Positions 1-12,877 of a DNA stretch of 64,000 bases are shown in pieces (the first letter of the stretch is position 1; each line of letters begins with the position of its first letter). The notes under the pieces are model-generated. The model was not told the DNA's origin. It saw only the letters and a list, made by a program, of their open reading frames with translations, and searched no databases. The stretch covers positions 238,270 through 302,269 of the forward strand of contig MU005959.1 in the NCBI GenBank assembly GCA_010093745.1, in the 5' to 3' direction. This DNA comes from Piedraia hortae CBS 480.64. Its lineage: Eukaryota. A program made the translations under genes and the position numbers.

Positions 1-3000
1 CCAACGCCCAGAGCCCTGAAAGCGAGTCGCCATACGTCTGCGGAATATCCGAGTCTAGGGCGCCGACGTCGATAGCAAAGATGACATCCGCGCCTAGGGA
101 GCGCATATGTGATACTGTGAGGTTGTCGGTGTAGCCCCCGTCGAGTAGCATATCGCCCTCATCGCAGAGAGGAGGGAGGAGACCTGCTAGGGACATTGAT
201 GCGCGGACGTAGCGCCAGACGTAGCCTGAGGAGTGGTACTCACTTCGGGATTTGGAAATGTTGGTGCTGTTGCAGTAGTACGACAGCCAGAAATCTTCAA
301 TTTGGCAGTTTCCAAAGGTTTTGAAGATGCCACGGTTGAATTCGTGGCCAGTTGTGTAGGACGTTGTTGGATAGGTGATGTCTAGGGCAAAGCGCCAGAT
401 GCTGCCCATTCGGCCGGCGAATTTTTTCACACGGCCGTACATGGGTACGAGGTCGCCGTCTTGGGCGTAGACTGCGCCGACAAAGGCGCCGATGGAGGTT
501 CCGCCTACCATGTCGATGGGGATTCCACACTCTTCAAGCGCGCGGATTACGCCGATTTGTGCGCATCCCCGTGCGCCGCCTCCGCCTAGGACCAGCCCGA
601 CGGCTTTCCCGCAGAGGCGGCGCGCGAGACGGTGAAAGTCCCCTTTGAAGGGCGTGTCGGCTGAGTAAAGTGGTCGCTGGCGTACGCGACGGGATGTGTA
701 TTTGTGGATTTCGGCTTGAAGGACCTGTACGCGCTGCTTGATAGCATTGCCTAATCGTCGCGGTTGAACGTGTACGTGCTCGTTGGCGTGTGGAATCGCC
801 ATTTGTACGTGGTGGTGGCCGCCATTCACCCATGGTCGGTTCTTGAGCCACGCCCTCGTCGTGCCAGACGAGCAGTACCGCTCGCTGTGAAGGAGGACGA
901 GTTCTTTGCGTGCTGTGGTTTTGACCGTCAGTAGAAGACGCTCGTACTCGCCGATAGCGGGCGAGCCTTCGGCAAGACCGATCAGGTAGATGCAGTCTGC
1001 TTGACTGATGCAAGTCTGTGTCCAGGGAGACTTGACGCTGGTGTCTGCCACGTACAGGACAAAGCCATATTTTTCCTCCAGATCAGCAAGGTACTGCGAG
1101 AGCTTCAGCTTGCCCATGCGGCCAAATGCATATCTGCCAAGATGGTTGAGGATGGCAGCCTGATTCAAGGTGATGGCGCCGTCCATGGTCCCAACCTCGT
1201 TGAGCGCCGTCTGCAGTTTATTTGCAAATTCCACGACCGGCACACCTGATGTGCACGGCACGACGGCAACCGTGCGCAGATTGGTTGTAGACGTCGCCTT
1301 TGCCTGCCTCATCTGGATACTGCCTTCTGGTGACACAGGCTCAGGACTTTCAATCAACTTTCTCATCCTCGCCGCAATCATCTTGGACACTTTGATCGTA
1401 ATCCCAGGATGGTCTTGGGCGAGGCTGTTGAACAACGTCTTGGGAAACCTTATCAATTCGGTATCGCGAATGGCGATAAAAGTGCCAGACCTCGTGGACT
1501 CCGTCAAAACCTCCAATTCGCCCACGCTGTCGCCCTGGCCGAATTCACCAACGACAGTAATATCGCCTTTCTCGTTCTCCACAATTCCCCTCAGGCGGCC
1601 GTTCAGCACAATGTAGATGGCATCGCTCTCCTCATTTTGATTGAAGATTGCCTGGCCAGCATTGACATGAACCCATTCAAGCGCAAAGTCGATATACTGT
1701 ATCAGTCTCGGCAAAAGGCTGGCCATTCTCTTCGCCATTGTAAGCAGCACGATGGGATAGCGCTCGACAATCCTTTCGACCGCCGACTTTGGCAAGAAGC
1801 CGACAAACACATCCGTCTTGGCCGTCACGGTCGCCAATGATCTGTAAGAAGAAATGCTACCGAGATAGCCAGCCAAGCCACCGGGCTTGATAGAGAACAA
1901 GTTCTTCTGGCCAGATCTACTCCACTTGTTTCGATCTTGGCTCAGCTCTGCGGTGCCAAACGGATCGGCATTTTCACTAGATTCTGGCACCAAAGCGCTG
2001 ACATCCAAGAAGCCATCGATGAGATAATACAGTCCCGAGTTGCGCTCATCCTCTTCGATCAGAACCGAGCCTTTGGGAAAGTAGACGATCTCAACCTCGT
2101 TCTTCAAATCGTCCATTAGATTCGACGAAGCACCAACGCTGTAAACCGAAGCAGACGATTCTATCTCTTCGGATGCGGCATCGTACACGTCTATGAAACC
2201 AAAGGCATTATTGAAAATGGCACTGTTTCGGTTCGGATCCAAAGAGACGAGTCGTGGCGACTGGGCAGCCGATTGCGTGGTGGGTGGTTTATCCTTGCCG
2301 CCAGTCATGCCGATTGCCTTGGCCATGCACTCCATGATAGACTCTCGAAAAAGAAGGTCCTCGTCGAGCGATGATTGTCGGTGAAAGTGCGCTCTGGGGT
2401 TGTGATGAAAATTATCTCCTTGCATTTCACTCTCTGAACCCGCTTCAGCTGCTTGATATGGCAGCGACAAATTCCCCCTCTCCGACGGTGACTGACCGTT
2501 GGTGAGGAGATCACCAGCACTCATTCCGGTCCAATCCCCAGTTGCGACTTGTGGACGGGCAGCCCTAACATCACGCTTTAAATTGCTACTCGTCCTCTTG
2601 CGTGGGTTATACAGCGCAACGCCTTTTAGACTCTGCTCGACCCCAGCGCTTTCAATGTCTTTCTTGAACTTCAGCTTCAGTCGGGACAATGCCTCGCCTC
2701 GTAGAAAGTCTGGAAGGGCATATGTAGTGTACTTGTCCATTAGCCTCTCCACCCGTAACACTTCGCTGGTCAACCCTAGATAGTTCTGTCCCGTGCCAAG
2801 GGTCACTCGCTGTAGCCTCGTAAGGATGACCTGAACGATATGAGCCGTAGCTTTTGGGTAGATCTTGGTGATTCTGTGAAAGGCACTGGCAGGGATGATG
2901 GCTATAGTAGTATCCACCGACGCACGAGCAACTATATCAGGATGGGCTGGGCAGTCCTTCCTCATCCGCTTCCTGCTTGACCGTTGAGGGGACTCAATCT

Positions 3001-3919
3001 CATCATAAAGGTTGAGTGGAGGCGGATCCCTTAACGAAGGCGTACTGATCGTAGCGAGGGAAGTGTTTCGAGGCCTACGTGGCGAATTGGGAGGATTTTC
3101 TACGCCTGCTGGAAGCAACTGACGAGTTTGTGGTTTCCCATCCGACGCAGGGGTGGAAACTTGGTAGTCTCCATCAAAACGAAGCCGCACATTTTCTGTG
3201 AACAGGGCCAGAATAGAAAACAGAGACGACATGGGTGCTCCATTCTTGACTTCAGTCAACAGCTGGTAGTTCGTTTTCGGATGCTGTCTCTCTTCCTGGG
3301 GTTCTTCATCAGAAACCGCACCGTCACTGGGAGATTCGGGACCAGTCGCTTTGTTTGCTTTGACGAATATCTGCACCAATCCGTCCACAACTAGACAAAA
3401 CCCCTTTTCTTCCTCTAACAAGATGGCCTCCCCAGCAATGAGTTTCCTTGTTTGCATTGTCCGAGTGAGCTCGTGGAACACCGGTCTCTCCAGATAACCA
3501 AATACTTTGATGGCACTGAGAAACTCGTCAAAGTAGCTGGCCAGCCCGGGTTTATTGTCAACCGACGGAGCGTCTGGAAAGATTTCCACCTGAGGCTCGG
3601 TTCGTTGCGGTTCCGGAGGCAGACGAGAGTACATATTCAGGAACCTATACCGAACAATCCAACTGATCGTTGAGGCAAAGGCGAGAAGGAGAAGAAGCAG
3701 GGTAGTCATGTTCAGGGTCAAGGTAAAGCTGGTGGACAGGAACGTAAACAGCAATGTCGGTAGAGTAAAAGTAACAAAGGTGATTGCTCTGTACAGCAAC
3801 GTCGGGATCGCCATCAAGATCGTTCCCAACAGGTCATGGGTTGACGGAGCAACAACTTCTACCTGAGGTGAGGAAGTCGACAACACGGCCAAGTCAGAGG
3901 CGTTAATAGAGGAGACCAT
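1..3919 (-). CDS. NTE1: Lysophospholipase NTE1 (patatin + cNMP-binding domains), 3' end truncated by the window edge
   Basis: Manual translation from ATG 3919 gives an N-terminal TM segment and [23 protein letters not shown]. Patatin motifs [12 protein letters not shown] (~601-566), GTSIG and LLDGGY are present. Spot checks at 2809 and 601 are in the same frame. Absent from the ORF track because there is no stop in the window. Confidence 0.95.
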   Translation of the reverse strand, partial: MVSSINASDLAVLSTSSPQVEVVAPSTHDLLGTILMAIPTLLYRAITFVTFTLPTLLFTFLSTSFTLTLNMTTLLLLLLAFASTISWIVRYRFLNMYSRLPPEPQRTEPQVEIFPDAPSVDNKPGLASYFDEFLSAIKVFGYLERPVFHELTRTMQTRKLIAGEAILLEEEKGFCLVVDGLVQIFVKANKATGPESPSDGAVSDEEPQEERQHPKTNYQLLTEVKNGAPMSSLFSILALFTENVRLRFDGDYQVSTPASDGKPQTRQLLPAGVENPPNSPRRPRNTSLATISTPSLRDPPPLNLYDEIESPQRSSRKRMRKDCPAHPDIVARASVDTTIAIIPASAFHRITKIYPKATAHIVQVILTRLQRVTLGTGQNYLGLTSEVLRVERLMDKYTTYALPDFLRGEALSRLKLKFKKDIESAGVEQSLKGVALYNPRKRTSSNLKRDVRAARPQVATGDWTGMSAGDLLTNGQSPSERGNLSLPYQAAEAGSESEMQGDNFHHNPRAHFHRQSSLDEDLLFRESIMECMAKAIGMTGGKDKPPTTQSAAQSPRLVSLDPNRNSAIFNNAFGFIDVYDAASEEIESSASVYSVGASSNLMDDLKNEVEIVYFPKGSVLIEEDERNSGLYYLIDGFLDVSALVPESSENADPFGTAELSQDRNKWSRSGQKNLFSIKPGGLAGYLGSISSYRSLATVTAKTDVFVGFLPKSAVERIVERYPIVLLTMAKRMASLLPRLIQYIDFALEWVHVNAGQAIFNQNEESDAIYIVLNGRLRGIVENEKGDITVVGEFGQGDSVGELEVLTESTRSGTFIAIRDTELIRFPKTLFNSLAQDHPGITIKVSKMIAARMRKLIESPEPVSPEGSIQMRQAKATSTTNLRTVAVVPCTSGVPVVEFANKLQTALNEVGTMDGAITLNQAAILNHLGRYAFGRMGKLKLSQYLADLEEKYGFVLYVADTSVKSPWTQTCISQADCIYLIGLAEGSPAIGEYERLLLTVKTTARKELVLLHSERYCSSGTTRAWLKNRPWVNGGHHHVQMAIPHANEHVHVQPRRLGNAIKQRVQVLQAEIHKYTSRRVRQRPLYSADTPFKGDFHRLARRLCGKAVGLVLGGGGARGCAQIGVIRALEECGIPIDMVGGTSIGAFVGAVYAQDGDLVPMYGRVKKFAGRMGSIWRFALDITYPTTSYTTGHEFNRGIFKTFGNCQIEDFWLSYYCNSTNISKSRSEYHSSGYVWRYVRASMSLAGLLPPLCDEGDMLLDGGYTDNLTVSHMRSLGADVIFAIDVGALDSDIPQTYGDSLSGLWAL

Positions 3920-4089
3920 TGTGCTGTTGGGCTGCTACATTGTGGGATCTGCCCATTCCACTGAACCACGGCTATCAGATGTGACGTCCAGGGCCCCAAT
4001 TCGGGCCTAGCCCCCATGTGACAGTGTGACATTGGAACAACATCACATCGTCACATCGCGGGCAGACCGCAGCAGCGGCAGTGGAAGCC

Positions 4090-5485
4090 ATGTCTCAACG
4101 ACCAGAGCGAGTAGTGCATCAAGACTACGTTGTGCGCGTTCGCTATTCTAATGCGCTCCCGCCACCACCGAATCCGCCGAAGCTGCTGGAGATTCCCGGC
4201 ACCGGGCTGGCCGGAGGGCCGTACACAACAGCAAGCTATGCGGCGAAGCTCGTGCGGGACCAGCCGGTCAATATCGAGGCAGATGCGGAATTGGGGATGC
4301 CAATCGACCTGGTTGGAATCCCGGGAGTCTTTGACGGTGACGAGCGCGGTGAGTTGGTTGTGCAAGCGCTGGAACGATTGCTGACAGCGTGAAGCCATAT
4401 CTACAACCCCAAACGCAAAACTCCATCCTGCGGATAGAGATCTACTCAAACCCCTCTCTGCTCTAGGCAAAGCGAGTGTGGGAGGCTCGGTTTCGTTCCT
4501 CCGGCGCACAGAGTATACAGCCTCTCAAGCACCGCAACATCTAACAAATGCAACCCCAAAAGATATCAATAAAACGCGTTTTGCTCCGAAGCAGAAGGAA
4601 CAAGACACAGCGAGCCGGGAAGATCCGGTCAATATCATCCGACACATTGTCAAGGGCTTCGATGTTGCGCATCCAAAGGACGCGTACAGAGGCAGCGACA
4701 GCACCGACAACATCCGCGGTGCATCCATATCAGACGCAGAGAAGCGGGCCTGGTCCAATCCAACGCATCCAACGAAGCCAAAGCTGCAGTTGCTGGACGC
4801 TTACCCCCTTCTCCCAGACCTGGATGCTTTGCCGCGACCGGCATACCTCACAGTCAAGTTTCAGAACAATCCATTGGCTCCGGACCGCTACGATTCACGG
4901 CTGGATCAGGCCATCCTACGGCCAATTGACGACCCCGTGGTTCAGAACACATTTCAGCGTAGGACTGCTGAATGGAATCCTGAATCGGGGAAGCCGATGC
5001 CATTGCCAGAGTACGAATACGAGCTTTTTGTGCCGGCGACCGACGACGAGAAAGTTCTACGCGGTATCAAACGCAAGTTTGACGTCTCCGACCCCGACCG
5101 GGACGATGAAGAGCTCTACGGGGACGAGGTCAACATGGCTGACGAGCGCTGTTTCAAGTACGAACGCGTGCGAACCTACGAGATGTATGCGCAGAGTGGC
5201 AACCCAGATAACTTTTACCAAGACGCTGTTGCCGTAGCGCTACACGATGCAGAGGGCAAAGGCCGGTTGGCCAAAGGAGCTTATTACTACCCCATCATCC
5301 AGAGAGTTTCGCTACGACCCAAACGAAGAGTCAAGCAACTTTACACTCAAGCCAACGACGATCAGATCGATGTGCTGAATCTGCGCATCGGGGAGTTTAC
5401 AGCAGAGGATCGGGCCAAGATGATGGAGAAGAAGGCAGAGCTGGACCCAAGCTTTCGGATGGAGCACGAAGCAATGCCCAGTTAG
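4090..5485 (+). CDS. PAF1: RNA polymerase II-associated factor Paf1; exons 4090-4348 and 4395-5485
   Basis: HQDYVVRVRYSNALPPPP, SFLRRTEY. The 46-nt intron GTGAGT..CTGAC..AAG joins in frame to LHPADRDLL. Confidence 0.93.
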
Positions 5486-5866
5486 GCTAGACAGATTCAT
5501 GTACTTTAATGTGACCAATAGGCCTTACCGATGCGTTTCCGTTTCGATTCTGTGGCTAATCAACTTTATGCAAGATATTGACATGAGGCGAATGGCTCCC
5601 TACGTTTCTATCCAATGGGAGAAGTCGGAGTTTTTCCGCCAATTGGCGTCGTGTTTCGCGCGACCAGATCAGGTGTAGCTCGGGCCTTTTGAGGTATAGT
5701 GGCACTCCGACGCGACCGTTTTTGACCCCACGTGTGAACTGCCCCGCTGCCCCACTCTTGCGTCCCGCTGCCCCACGTCGCACAATAAAAAAGTTGTCCG
5801 CACGCCCACCTCTTCTTCCACTTCAACCGTCACTCTCTGCTTACTCTGCATAGATTGACCGTTGCG

Positions 5867-7612
5867 ATGTCGGGCAAGCGGAATCAGCGTATCCTACCGG
5901 TCATTCCGCTTCCCCTGATAAAGAAGCCACGGGCGTCGGTCGCCGCTGCCGACCGCAAGCAGCCGGACGTGGCTGCCGTTGCTGACAAGTGCACTGCTAA
6001 TAGCAACGCTATCCAGATGAAGCCGTCCTTGGTGGACGCGACTGACTTCACGCAGGACAAGTCTCTCCGTCTCCTCGAGAAACAGAACAAGATCCTTCAC
6101 CTTGTCACCTGCTACGACGGCCTCAAGTCTGGCGACAAAGACACCAATAAATCTAACATGCCTTTCCAGGTCTGCGACGACCGTACGCCGTTGACCTATA
6201 CGTCGGATCCGTCGGCCACGACACCGTCATCTATGATACCGGTTACTGCTATCACCCCTCCCAACTCGGGTTCTGCGCACACCACTAACCACGATGGCCA
6301 TTACAAACACGACCACGCCATGGAAAAGGTGTATCAGTGGGTGCAGCCTCCCCCCGAGCGTGTCAATCGCGTCCCTTGTGTTGGCCAGGTCCTCAACTCG
6401 GAGGAAGTCCAGGAACTGATCAGCAGCAGCGGATGCCACACCCGCCCAACGTCGTCGGGCAGCTACGGGTCGTTTCCGTTCAGCATGGGAGCCTCTCCCG
6501 TAGAAAATTCGGTGGGTGATGTGGCTATGCGCAACGCCATTTCGATGAAGTCTCACATGGCGGAGTACTTTAACAACCCGACCTATGCTGACTGTGAGCT
6601 GATCGTCACGGACGAGAAGGGTGGGCGTCATGTCATGATGTGCCACACGATGGTCATCGCGCGCAGTCCGACGCTGTGCAAGATTCTGCAGCAGCACAGC
6701 ATGCACTCGTACAAGCCAATGGCGACCGTGCCTGTGCATCTCGTCGGCCAATACGTTTCGGTTTCGGCGTTTATCGACTGCATTCGCTTCTTGTACGGCG
6801 GATTGCTGGCTGAGGATGTGCCCAAGACGTGGCAAATGTCCATGAAAGACTGCATGTGCCAGATTATCAGCCATATCGCCACGGGTGAATGGCTCGGCGT
6901 TCGTGAAATCACCGACTCGGCCGTGAAAGCTGCTCGGGACACTCTTGACTGGTCGAGCATGGAGGCTCTACTTGACTTTTGTCTCAACGGCGGCCTAAGT
7001 TCCACGTTCGCCATCAAAGACGATAGCGAGACTGACTCTGATTCTACCAGCCACCGCTCTTCCAGCCGCGACCGCGGGTTCGGGCGTCCGGAGTGGGACC
7101 CGTATGCCACGATGCTGCTTGAGTATATCATTGAGTATTCGATCTACAACTTGCCGTCGTGCTACTACCTTGACGCGGCTGTCAGTTCGTCACTGGAGTT
7201 TCCCGGCGAGCCCATGCTCCATGACAAGAGCCTGGATCACATGCAGTTTGGGCATCTACCTCTGGAGGGGTATCAGCGCCCTACGGGTATCGTCTCGACC
7301 ATTTCCAGCATTCTGCTGTCATTACCATTTGCAATTTTGAAGATTATTCTGGAGCACGACATCTTGACGGGGCGTATCGGCGCCACCACGGTGGCCAGTA
7401 TCATGCGCCAGATTGTAAACGAACGCGAACGTCGCCGCTGTCTGAGAGCCACTGAGATGGCGAACGAGGCCAAGATGCGTTCTGCCGCTCCCGGGCTCAA
7501 AGCCCGTACGCTCTGGTCCGAGGGCGTTGAGCCGTCCAGCGATCACGCACCGGGATTCCGCATAACCCGTCGTCGCCTCCACTTCGAAGCCCTGTCGGCT
7601 GGCGGACATTAG
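5867..7612 (+). CDS. BTB/POZ-domain conserved fungal protein
   Basis: Long intact ORF; FNNPTYADCEL..CHTMVIARSPTL is a BTB N-terminal signature. Confidence 0.75.
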   Translation: MSGKRNQRILPVIPLPLIKKPRASVAAADRKQPDVAAVADKCTANSNAIQMKPSLVDATDFTQDKSLRLLEKQNKILHLVTCYDGLKSGDKDTNKSNMPFQVCDDRTPLTYTSDPSATTPSSMIPVTAITPPNSGSAHTTNHDGHYKHDHAMEKVYQWVQPPPERVNRVPCVGQVLNSEEVQELISSSGCHTRPTSSGSYGSFPFSMGASPVENSVGDVAMRNAISMKSHMAEYFNNPTYADCELIVTDEKGGRHVMMCHTMVIARSPTLCKILQQHSMHSYKPMATVPVHLVGQYVSVSAFIDCIRFLYGGLLAEDVPKTWQMSMKDCMCQIISHIATGEWLGVREITDSAVKAARDTLDWSSMEALLDFCLNGGLSSTFAIKDDSETDSDSTSHRSSSRDRGFGRPEWDPYATMLLEYIIEYSIYNLPSCYYLDAAVSSSLEFPGEPMLHDKSLDHMQFGHLPLEGYQRPTGIVSTISSILLSLPFAILKIILEHDILTGRIGATTVASIMRQIVNERERRRCLRATEMANEAKMRSAAPGLKARTLWSEGVEPSSDHAPGFRITRRRLHFEALSAGGH

Positions 7613-7918
7613 CTGTTATGGGTATCGGCGTATTAGGACCACTGCATAGGGTTGCATAAAACGGAATACCATGGCGTATAGGTGAGATAGAACACATATC
7701 ATAGCATAAGACTGATGTCTTGCATCTTCTCTGTTCTTTTCAGTTGTTTGATGTGGGTCGTCCATTTCTGCCATTTGGTAGTATGTACTCCTTCAGTGCT
7801 TGAACTGTGCATTGGTTGCCCTCTAGATAATATTCGTCAGCTGTTCTTTGTTCCACTGTAGGTTCATTGATTGAATGGCGATTATTGCTAATAGGGTATC
7901 GTAACAGGTTCAGCGTCT

Positions 7919-9472
7919 CTATCCTCTCTTCCTCTCTCCTTGGTAGTCCATCACTCGCCTCCGTTTATGCATTGATGCCATCTTCCACTTGACGTAAAGC
8001 CAGACGGCATCCTTGACCATGATGAATAAACACCCGCCGACAAGGCTTCTTCCCCATTTATGCTGTAGCAATCCTCTCGCAGCACTCCCAGCCGGCTTTG
8101 TCGCCCAAGCCGCAGGCAGAGCCAGCCTCAACACCTCGCCCGACAATCCCGCAACAGTAGGTAGCAGCAACGCACCCAAAACATGTTCCGCGATGGCCGT
8201 TGTCGAGAAGGTCATTCTCCTGTCTTGCGGGACTTGCACCGGAGCCAGTGGATCCCATCGCTCCTGCTCTGGCACTTCCACCGGAGCTCCCCTTGGCTCA
8301 GCTCGATTCTGTTGAACATCTGGCTGAGGCATGCCCTCATCCTCTTCTTCATCCACGTTAGCCTCCCCATTCCCTTCCCCCCAGATATCGATAATGGGAA
8401 ACTCGGCGCCCCGCACCTGCACTTGAAAAATATCATCCTCCCCTTCGTCATCAGCTCCGAGGATCTCATCCAACACTGCATCGACTTCAATCTCAACCTC
8501 CTCCGCATTCATCTCCATATCGACGTCGGCATCCGCATTCGCGTTCACGTTGGCGTTAGCGTCTCTCCCCCGGGGCAACGCATCCGCAACCCAGCGTTTC
8601 TCCCTTTCGGCCCAGATGCGCGACCAGTAGATGTTATACGCGGAGCGAAGATAAGGTAACATTGCAAACGCGAGAGCCGGAGAAGGGGGCCAGCGGGTTG
8701 GACTCTTCCCCACAAAAAAGATAATGGGTAATACCGGCAGGACAGAATCAATCAGGTGTGTGCGTGATAGGATCAATGCGGGAGCGATGAGCGGAATGGC
8801 GAGATGCGTGCGCCAATTCGAGAGATGATCCAAAAGAATCGGCATCACGCCCTCCGCAAATCCCCCACCACCGTAAACATCTCCCCCGAAAGCCCACTCC
8901 CCCAACAAATTCGGCCTCACCGCATCCAGGAGCATATGACCCACCACCTCCCTCCCCTCATTATACCCAAACACGGCATACACAGCCTGTACCCCATATG
9001 CAGTACTAACCTTCCACACCGCAGCCGCAAACCCCAGTCCAACCAGCGGGAGGACCAACCTCGCCGCAAGCCGATCACCGACCTTCATCCCCTCAACAAG
9101 CACATCCCTCTCCCCCTGGAGTTTAATCTCCGCTCTGCACTGGGGACACTTTATCCCGCGATCCCTCCGCTTGCGATCGGCCTCCATATCCGCAATCCAG
9201 TCTAACAAACAATTCTCATGCGCGACAAGCGCACAAGGACACGGCGACCGCCAAGGCCCCAACGAAGGCTCATTCTCCCCCGGCGACGAGAAACATATCC
9301 AGCACTTTTGCTCTGTGTCGATATTCTCTGCTGTGAGGGGTGCTGGCGCGGTGGCAGCCTCAGCTGAAGTCGCCGCGGTCGACGCATTCGCTGCGGTTAT
9401 TTCCGGCGCGCGCGGCGCGGTAGCCTGCTGCGAAACCCTCCGACGTGGTTGCGCGACGGGTATAGACTCCAT
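7919..9472 (-). CDS. RING-CH (C4HC3) membrane E3 ubiquitin ligase, MARCH5-like
   Basis: CWIC..WRSPCPC..AHENCLLDWI..CPQC, followed by several hydrophobic segments. Confidence 0.85.
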   Translation of the reverse strand: MESIPVAQPRRRVSQQATAPRAPEITAANASTAATSAEAATAPAPLTAENIDTEQKCWICFSSPGENEPSLGPWRSPCPCALVAHENCLLDWIADMEADRKRRDRGIKCPQCRAEIKLQGERDVLVEGMKVGDRLAARLVLPLVGLGFAAAVWKVSTAYGVQAVYAVFGYNEGREVVGHMLLDAVRPNLLGEWAFGGDVYGGGGFAEGVMPILLDHLSNWRTHLAIPLIAPALILSRTHLIDSVLPVLPIIFFVGKSPTRWPPSPALAFAMLPYLRSAYNIYWSRIWAEREKRWVADALPRGRDANANVNANADADVDMEMNAEEVEIEVDAVLDEILGADDEGEDDIFQVQVRGAEFPIIDIWGEGNGEANVDEEEDEGMPQPDVQQNRAEPRGAPVEVPEQERWDPLAPVQVPQDRRMTFSTTAIAEHVLGALLLPTVAGLSGEVLRLALPAAWATKPAGSAARGLLQHKWGRSLVGGCLFIMVKDAVWLYVKWKMASMHKRRRVMDYQGERKRG

Positions 9473-9694
9473 GGCTACTTTACCCTCTTCGTAGGTACGT
9501 TGTTTCTATGATAGGTATGATACACCTCCGAGGCTGACGTTGAACACGGCCCCGACGTCATCGCTCACACCGGCCCGGCCCGGCCCGTCTTGTTTCGTCA
9601 TACCACATCGGCCCGACCCGCCCCCGCGTGTTCACTTCAACCCTACTTTTCCCGGCAGCGACTTGCGACGGCCTTGACAGTTAATCTTCCAGCC

Positions 9695-12600
9695 ATGGAC
9701 GAAGCCACCGCCCTGGCGCACCTCTCCGCCTCCACGCGGGAGCAAGACGACCTCGAGCGGGCGATCTCACAGCAAGCTTCTTCCCTCCTCTTGCAGCAGG
9801 CCGACGAGCGCGATCGCAAGAGACTTGCTAAGTCGCTGAACAAGAGAACCGCCTTGCGGGAGCAGATTTCACGGCTCAAGAATCGTTTACCTACTCTTAA
9901 GACGGAGGAGGAGTTAATTACGGCGAGGGAGAGGCTGGAGGAGGTTGAGAGGGATATTACGCAGATTAGGAAGAGGATTGGGGAGCGGGAGGTAAGGAAT
10001 GACGGGGAGGGGGAGGGGGACAAGGGAAAAAGGCTGGTGGGGGAGTCGAGGAGGGAGTACCTGATTAGGACGGGGAAGATTACACCGTTTGCAAAGGTTG
10101 GTGGGAGTGTTTCTGCCGATTTGGGGGAAGTGTTACGTGATGCTGAAGAGGGGGAGGATGACGTTGAGGGGGAGACTGGGGAGGGGGAGGTGGTTTCGCA
10201 TCAGTTTCTGCATGCGCCGGGGTTTGAGGGGGAGGGCGTAAATACAGAGAATGATGAGGAGATTGCGAGACGGTTGCAGCAGCAGGAGGAGGAGGAGGAG
10301 GTGAGGCCGAAGAGGAGGAGGCTGGTCAAGGGATATGCTGCGGGGGATTATGGTGGAGATGCTACGCGGGCATCTTCGCTGCCGGTGGAGGGTCCTGTTG
10401 ATGATGTGGTGGATATGAAGACCACGCTCGGGACGAAACGAAAGAGGAAGACAGTGGAGGAAGGGGAGGTGGAAGATCTCGCGGGGATTGATGACGGGAA
10501 TGAGAATGTTTATAAACGTCGTCTGGAAGACTGGGTCCGTCGCCGTCGGGCTGCGCGCGGAGATGATGGGGATGACAGTGTGGAAGAATGGCAGATGCCG
10601 CATCCAACCAGGGCTGATACTGTTCTAGTCGGCGGACTGCGCATCCCGGGAGACATCTACCCCTCGCTCTTTGACTATCAGAAGACTGGCGTCCAGTGGC
10701 TGTGGGAACTGTACTCGCAGCAGGTGGGTGGCATCATAGGCGACGAAATGGGCTTGGGCAAGACAATCCAGGCGATTTCCTTCATCGCTGCCCTGCATTA
10801 TTCCGGAAAACTCACCCAGCCTGTTATAATCGTCTGTCCTGCGACAGTTATGAAGCAGTGGGTGAATGAGTTTCATCGCTGGTGGCCGCCTCTCCGCGTC
10901 TCCATCTTGCACACCTCCGGCAGCGGCATGTTGGACATCAAGGGCGAGTCTCGCTACGAAGACGCTCTCGAAGAGGGCAACGGCGGGCAGAAACCTGTTA
11001 AGAACGCCCGAGCTGCGCGCCGCATAGTCAATAAAGTACTTCAAGACGGCCATGTTCTTGTGACAACCTACACCGGTCTACAAACCTATGCAGACCAGCT
11101 GATTCCCGTCGACTGGGGCTATGCCGTGCTGGATGAAGGCCACAAGATCCGCAATCCCAACACTAGAATAACAATCTACTGCAAGGAATTGCGTACTCAC
11201 AACCGCGTCATCCTGTCTGGCACCCCGATGCAGAACAACCTCACCGAGCTCTGGTCGCTCTTCGACTTTGTCTATCCCATGCGTCTGGGGACTTTGGTCA
11301 CCTTCCGCGAGCAATTCGAAATCCCCATCAAGCTCGGTGGATACGCCAACGCCTCCAACCTCGAAGTCGAAACCGCCGCAAAGTGTGCTGAAACCCTCAA
11401 AGACACCATATCGCCCTACCTCCTCCAACGCTTCAAAGCCGACGTGGCAGCAGACCTCCCCAATAAGTCTGAGCGCGTCCTCTTCTGCAAGTTAACCCCC
11501 CTCCAGCGTCAAGCCTACGAATGGTTCCTCAAGTCCAACGACATGAAGTCTATCTTGGCTGGCAAACGCCACGCCCTCTTTGGAGTCGACATCCTCCGCA
11601 AAATCTGCAACCATCCAGACCTCCTCTACCACAAACGCCCCACCGAGGTGTCCGACTACGGCGAAGCCTCCAAATCCGGAAAAATGTGTGTCCTCCGTGC
11701 CCTCCTCGAGATCTGGAAACGCGACGGGCACAAGACCCTCCTTTTCGCCCAACACAGAATCATGCTCGACATTCTCGAGCCTTTCCTCCGCACCCTGCCC
11801 GGAATCAACTTCCTCCGCATGGACGGCACCACCTCGATCAAAGACCGTCAAGGCCTAGTCGACAAATTCAACGCCTCCCCGGAGATCCACATCTTCCTCC
11901 TCACCACAAAGGTCGGCGGATTAGGCATAAACCTCACGGGCGCGAATCGTGTAATCATCTACGACCCAGACTGGAACCCCTCAACCGACGTCCAAGCGCG
12001 CGAACGCGCCTGGCGTCTCGGCCAAAAACGCGAAGTAGAGATTTACCGTCTAATGACAGCCGGCACAATCGAAGAAAAAATCTACCACCGCCAAATCTTC
12101 AAACAAATCCTCACTAACAAAATCCTACGTGACCCCGGGGAGAGACAGACTTTCCATCTGAAAGATCTCTACGACCTATTCACCCTCGCGGAAGAGGGGT
12201 GTGAATCCTCCCTCTTCGACGTTGCTATCAGCCAACATAATACCCTCGCCGGTGTGGCGAGGGAGGAAACCCTCCCTACTGACCCCGCACCCGAGGAGAA
12301 AAAAGCCTCAGACGACCGCATCCTAAATTCCATCTTCGCCCGCTCGGGCGTACAATCTGCTGTGGAGCACGACTCCCTCGTCTCCGGGAAGACACGCATC
12401 CGTGCAGATCCCGTGATCATAGAACAGCATGCGAAACGAGTTGCTGCGCAAGCAGCACGCGAACTGGCCAAAGCGGGTGAAGTCGCGAAGACGGTTCCCG
12501 CTGGTGTGCCCACTTGGACGGGACAGGTTGGTGTTGCAGGCAGGGCAGGGCCGTCGTCCGCTTCGGTTTTCGCGGGTCTTGCTGCTGCGGGGGTGGGGAG

Positions 12601-12877
12601 GGATGCTACCACCAAGGATGCTGGCGCGAACGCTGCTGCTGGTAGGGATGCTAACGCTACCGCGCCAAGGGGCAAGGGCTTCCTAGCCATGATCAGGGAT
12701 TACTTGAAAGCGAACGGTGGAAGCGTGTACACGCAAATGCTCATCGATCATTTTAGTCGCTTCTGTGGATCGCAGCAGCGGACTGCGGAGTTTAGGGAGA
12801 TGTTGAGGGAGATTGCGACGCTTGAGAAAGGGACGAGAGGAAGGGGGAGGTGGGTTTTGAAAGGGGAGTTTAGGTGA
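9695..12877 (+). CDS. RAD26: Transcription-coupled repair SNF2 ATPase Rad26/CSB
   Basis: LFDYQKTGVQWLWEL, GDEMGLGKT, LDEGHKIRN, QARERAWRLGQ and a C-terminal winged-helix-like segment; first ATG at 9695. Confidence 0.95.
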   Translation: MDEATALAHLSASTREQDDLERAISQQASSLLLQQADERDRKRLAKSLNKRTALREQISRLKNRLPTLKTEEELITARERLEEVERDITQIRKRIGEREVRNDGEGEGDKGKRLVGESRREYLIRTGKITPFAKVGGSVSADLGEVLRDAEEGEDDVEGETGEGEVVSHQFLHAPGFEGEGVNTENDEEIARRLQQQEEEEEVRPKRRRLVKGYAAGDYGGDATRASSLPVEGPVDDVVDMKTTLGTKRKRKTVEEGEVEDLAGIDDGNENVYKRRLEDWVRRRRAARGDDGDDSVEEWQMPHPTRADTVLVGGLRIPGDIYPSLFDYQKTGVQWLWELYSQQVGGIIGDEMGLGKTIQAISFIAALHYSGKLTQPVIIVCPATVMKQWVNEFHRWWPPLRVSILHTSGSGMLDIKGESRYEDALEEGNGGQKPVKNARAARRIVNKVLQDGHVLVTTYTGLQTYADQLIPVDWGYAVLDEGHKIRNPNTRITIYCKELRTHNRVILSGTPMQNNLTELWSLFDFVYPMRLGTLVTFREQFEIPIKLGGYANASNLEVETAAKCAETLKDTISPYLLQRFKADVAADLPNKSERVLFCKLTPLQRQAYEWFLKSNDMKSILAGKRHALFGVDILRKICNHPDLLYHKRPTEVSDYGEASKSGKMCVLRALLEIWKRDGHKTLLFAQHRIMLDILEPFLRTLPGINFLRMDGTTSIKDRQGLVDKFNASPEIHIFLLTTKVGGLGINLTGANRVIIYDPDWNPSTDVQARERAWRLGQKREVEIYRLMTAGTIEEKIYHRQIFKQILTNKILRDPGERQTFHLKDLYDLFTLAEEGCESSLFDVAISQHNTLAGVAREETLPTDPAPEEKKASDDRILNSIFARSGVQSAVEHDSLVSGKTRIRADPVIIEQHAKRVAAQAARELAKAGEVAKTVPAGVPTWTGQVGVAGRAGPSSASVFAGLAAAGVGRDATTKDAGANAAAGRDANATAPRGKGFLAMIRDYLKANGGSVYTQMLIDHFSRFCGSQQRTAEFREMLREIATLEKGTRGRGRWVLKGEFR

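Noticed and set aside
297..3673. Many short ORFs in the track
   Set aside because: They are alternate-frame or antisense shadows of NTE1, which spans 3919 to the window edge.
9590..9694. TTG/GTG upstream extensions in the ORF track (also 5855, 24575, 40261, 46130, 57316)
   Set aside because: Eukaryotic genes; the first in-frame ATG was used instead.
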